Shown here piece by piece: positions 62,681-64,000 of a DNA stretch of 64,000 nucleotides (within the stretch, counting starts at the first letter, position 1; the number at the start of each line of letters is the position of its first letter). The notes below the pieces were generated by a model. It worked only from the letters and a program-made list of their open reading frames with translations, was not told where the DNA came from and did no database searches. Made by a program: the position numbers and the translations under genes. The stretch is from Dudresnaya verticillata. Taxonomy: Eukaryota. Location: NCBI GenBank assembly GCA_977862235.1, contig OZ374557.1:2418001-2482000 (forward strand). The letters run 5' to 3'.

Positions 62681-64000
62681 TTATCCGCGTTGCGCGTCGT
62701 CGATGTTTGGCGGCAGACGCGTGTGCTTCTGACGGTGATACCGCACGACGTGCGATCGCGGTAGACTGGAAACAGGTTCCCAGGTATTCGCTGACGCGGG
62801 GTATCCAAACCACTTGACGCGGTAGAGGATCTCGCCGTCTTCCGCGTGTGCGGGCGACTCAACCCGTTCGATAATGTACTCCTTCTCGCTTGCAGCGGTT
62901 GGCGTGGGCTCCTGCCGTTCTAACGCCTTGGGCGGCTCACTTCGTTGCGTGATGGGCGTCTGCACCGGTTCGGCAAATCGTACTCGACGAGTCGATCGCC
63001 TGAGGCGCTGGGTCGGTGCCCCGAGCGCCTGCGTAGCGGTTTGTGGTTCGTCGCTTTTGCGTACTGGTTACTTGCTTCTAGCGGCGTCTTTCGCGTTAGC
63101 GAGGTCTTCCTCATCGTCAGTCGATGCGCTCGAAGCGGGACCTACCTTGGTAGCCGGCGAAGCCGAGGTTGCGTGTCCCATTCGCGTACGGATGCCGGGA
63201 CCCTCCTCCTCGTCGGAGACGGATTGCGATACACCGTCGTCGGGGTTAGCGGCAAAGGGCGAGAGCTCTGCTAACCCGCGACTTCGCGGCGTTGCATTCA
63301 TTTGCTCCTGCGAGTCTTCCGTGCTTCGCGGTGTCCCTGTGCCTCCTGCCGGGTCCGCCCGTGGCGTTTCTGGGGTTCCTGCTCCTTCGTCGGTTGACGT
63401 GGGGGCCGCGGGCCCCGGTACGTGAGGTGGTCCCGGCGGTTGCACGGTTGCGGGGGTGGTGTGCCCTGGTGGGGTTGGCGCCCATACCACGCGGTCCCTG
63501 GATACACGTTCGCGTTCTCCACGTCCCTTGTCGATGGTGACTGTCCCGTCTTCGACGTGAGTTACTCGATACGGTCCATCCGCCACCGGTGCGAGCTTGT
63601 GCTTGCGCTCTGAGCGATCGGTGCTCCCGCCGCGGGCGAAGTATTCCTTCCGCACGAATGCGAAGTCGCCCACAGCGATGTTCTCCTTCGATTTCCTCAG
63701 ACGAGTATCGAAGTTCCGTTTGTAACGCGCCTGCGTTTTCGCGAGCGACGCGTTAGCGGTCCCCATCAATGCGGACAGCCAGGATCGCCATTTGGTGTAG
63801 TACTGTCCGGCAGTGGGCACGCTTTCAAGCGACGGCTCCGCTTCCAGCGACAACGGCCGCGGGGGCTTAGATAACACCAGTTCGAATGGAGCGAGGTGGG
63901 TAGACGAGTGCAGTTGCGTATTGTACGCGAACGTCAAGGCATCGGTGAACAGATTCCAGTCCCTGGGGTGTTCTGCTACGTAGTGACGCAGGGAGGCGAG
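62681..64000 (-). pseudogene. pol: E6 pol C-terminus: integrase + chromodomain, frameshift near 63070
   Basis: TFAYNTQLHSSTHLAPFEL, KLAPVADGPY, YIIERVES..YRVKWFGY..NTWEP. Confidence 0.9.

Larger units (their letters stand above)
57824..64000 (-). mobile_element. E6: Gypsy element, 3' part (runs off the window), sister of E4
   Basis: 3' LTR 57824-58739 (TGTAGTGC...GCACTACA), PPT complement 58740-58750, antisense ORF, integrase-chromodomain. Confidence 0.93.

Overview
Eukaryotic, repeat-dense window; protein style and TE content suggest a red alga (inference only). Positions 1-5.4 kb hold three adjacent decayed host genes: a Wntless/TMEM181-like membrane domain fused to a class-3 lipase, an eIF3m (PCI) fragment and a type-1 IPP isomerase. 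About 6.4-44.3 kb and 51.4-64 kb form a deep nest of Ty3/Gypsy chromodomain LTR retrotransposons and solo LTRs, several with perfect 5-bp TSDs. A pogo-like DDE transposase is interrupted by three LTR insertions. 44.3-51 kb holds a possible DNA-transposon relic, an orphan ORF, a truncated sulfotransferase and a broken secreted-protein gene. Main finding: six elements from at least three divergent lineages carry a large extra ORF just inside the 3' LTR, antisense to the element. It encodes a Trp/Tyr-rich domain I do not recognise (Y-x4-E-[VI]-G-Y ... P-x2-W-x2-[YF]-E-V) plus a Pro/Ala/Ser low-complexity region, and is intact (768 aa) at 59165-61471. The elements also appear to be primed by tRNA-Tyr, with extra U5 motifs complementary to its D-loop and anticodon arm. 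All family assignments are from motif recognition by eye; no searches were run.
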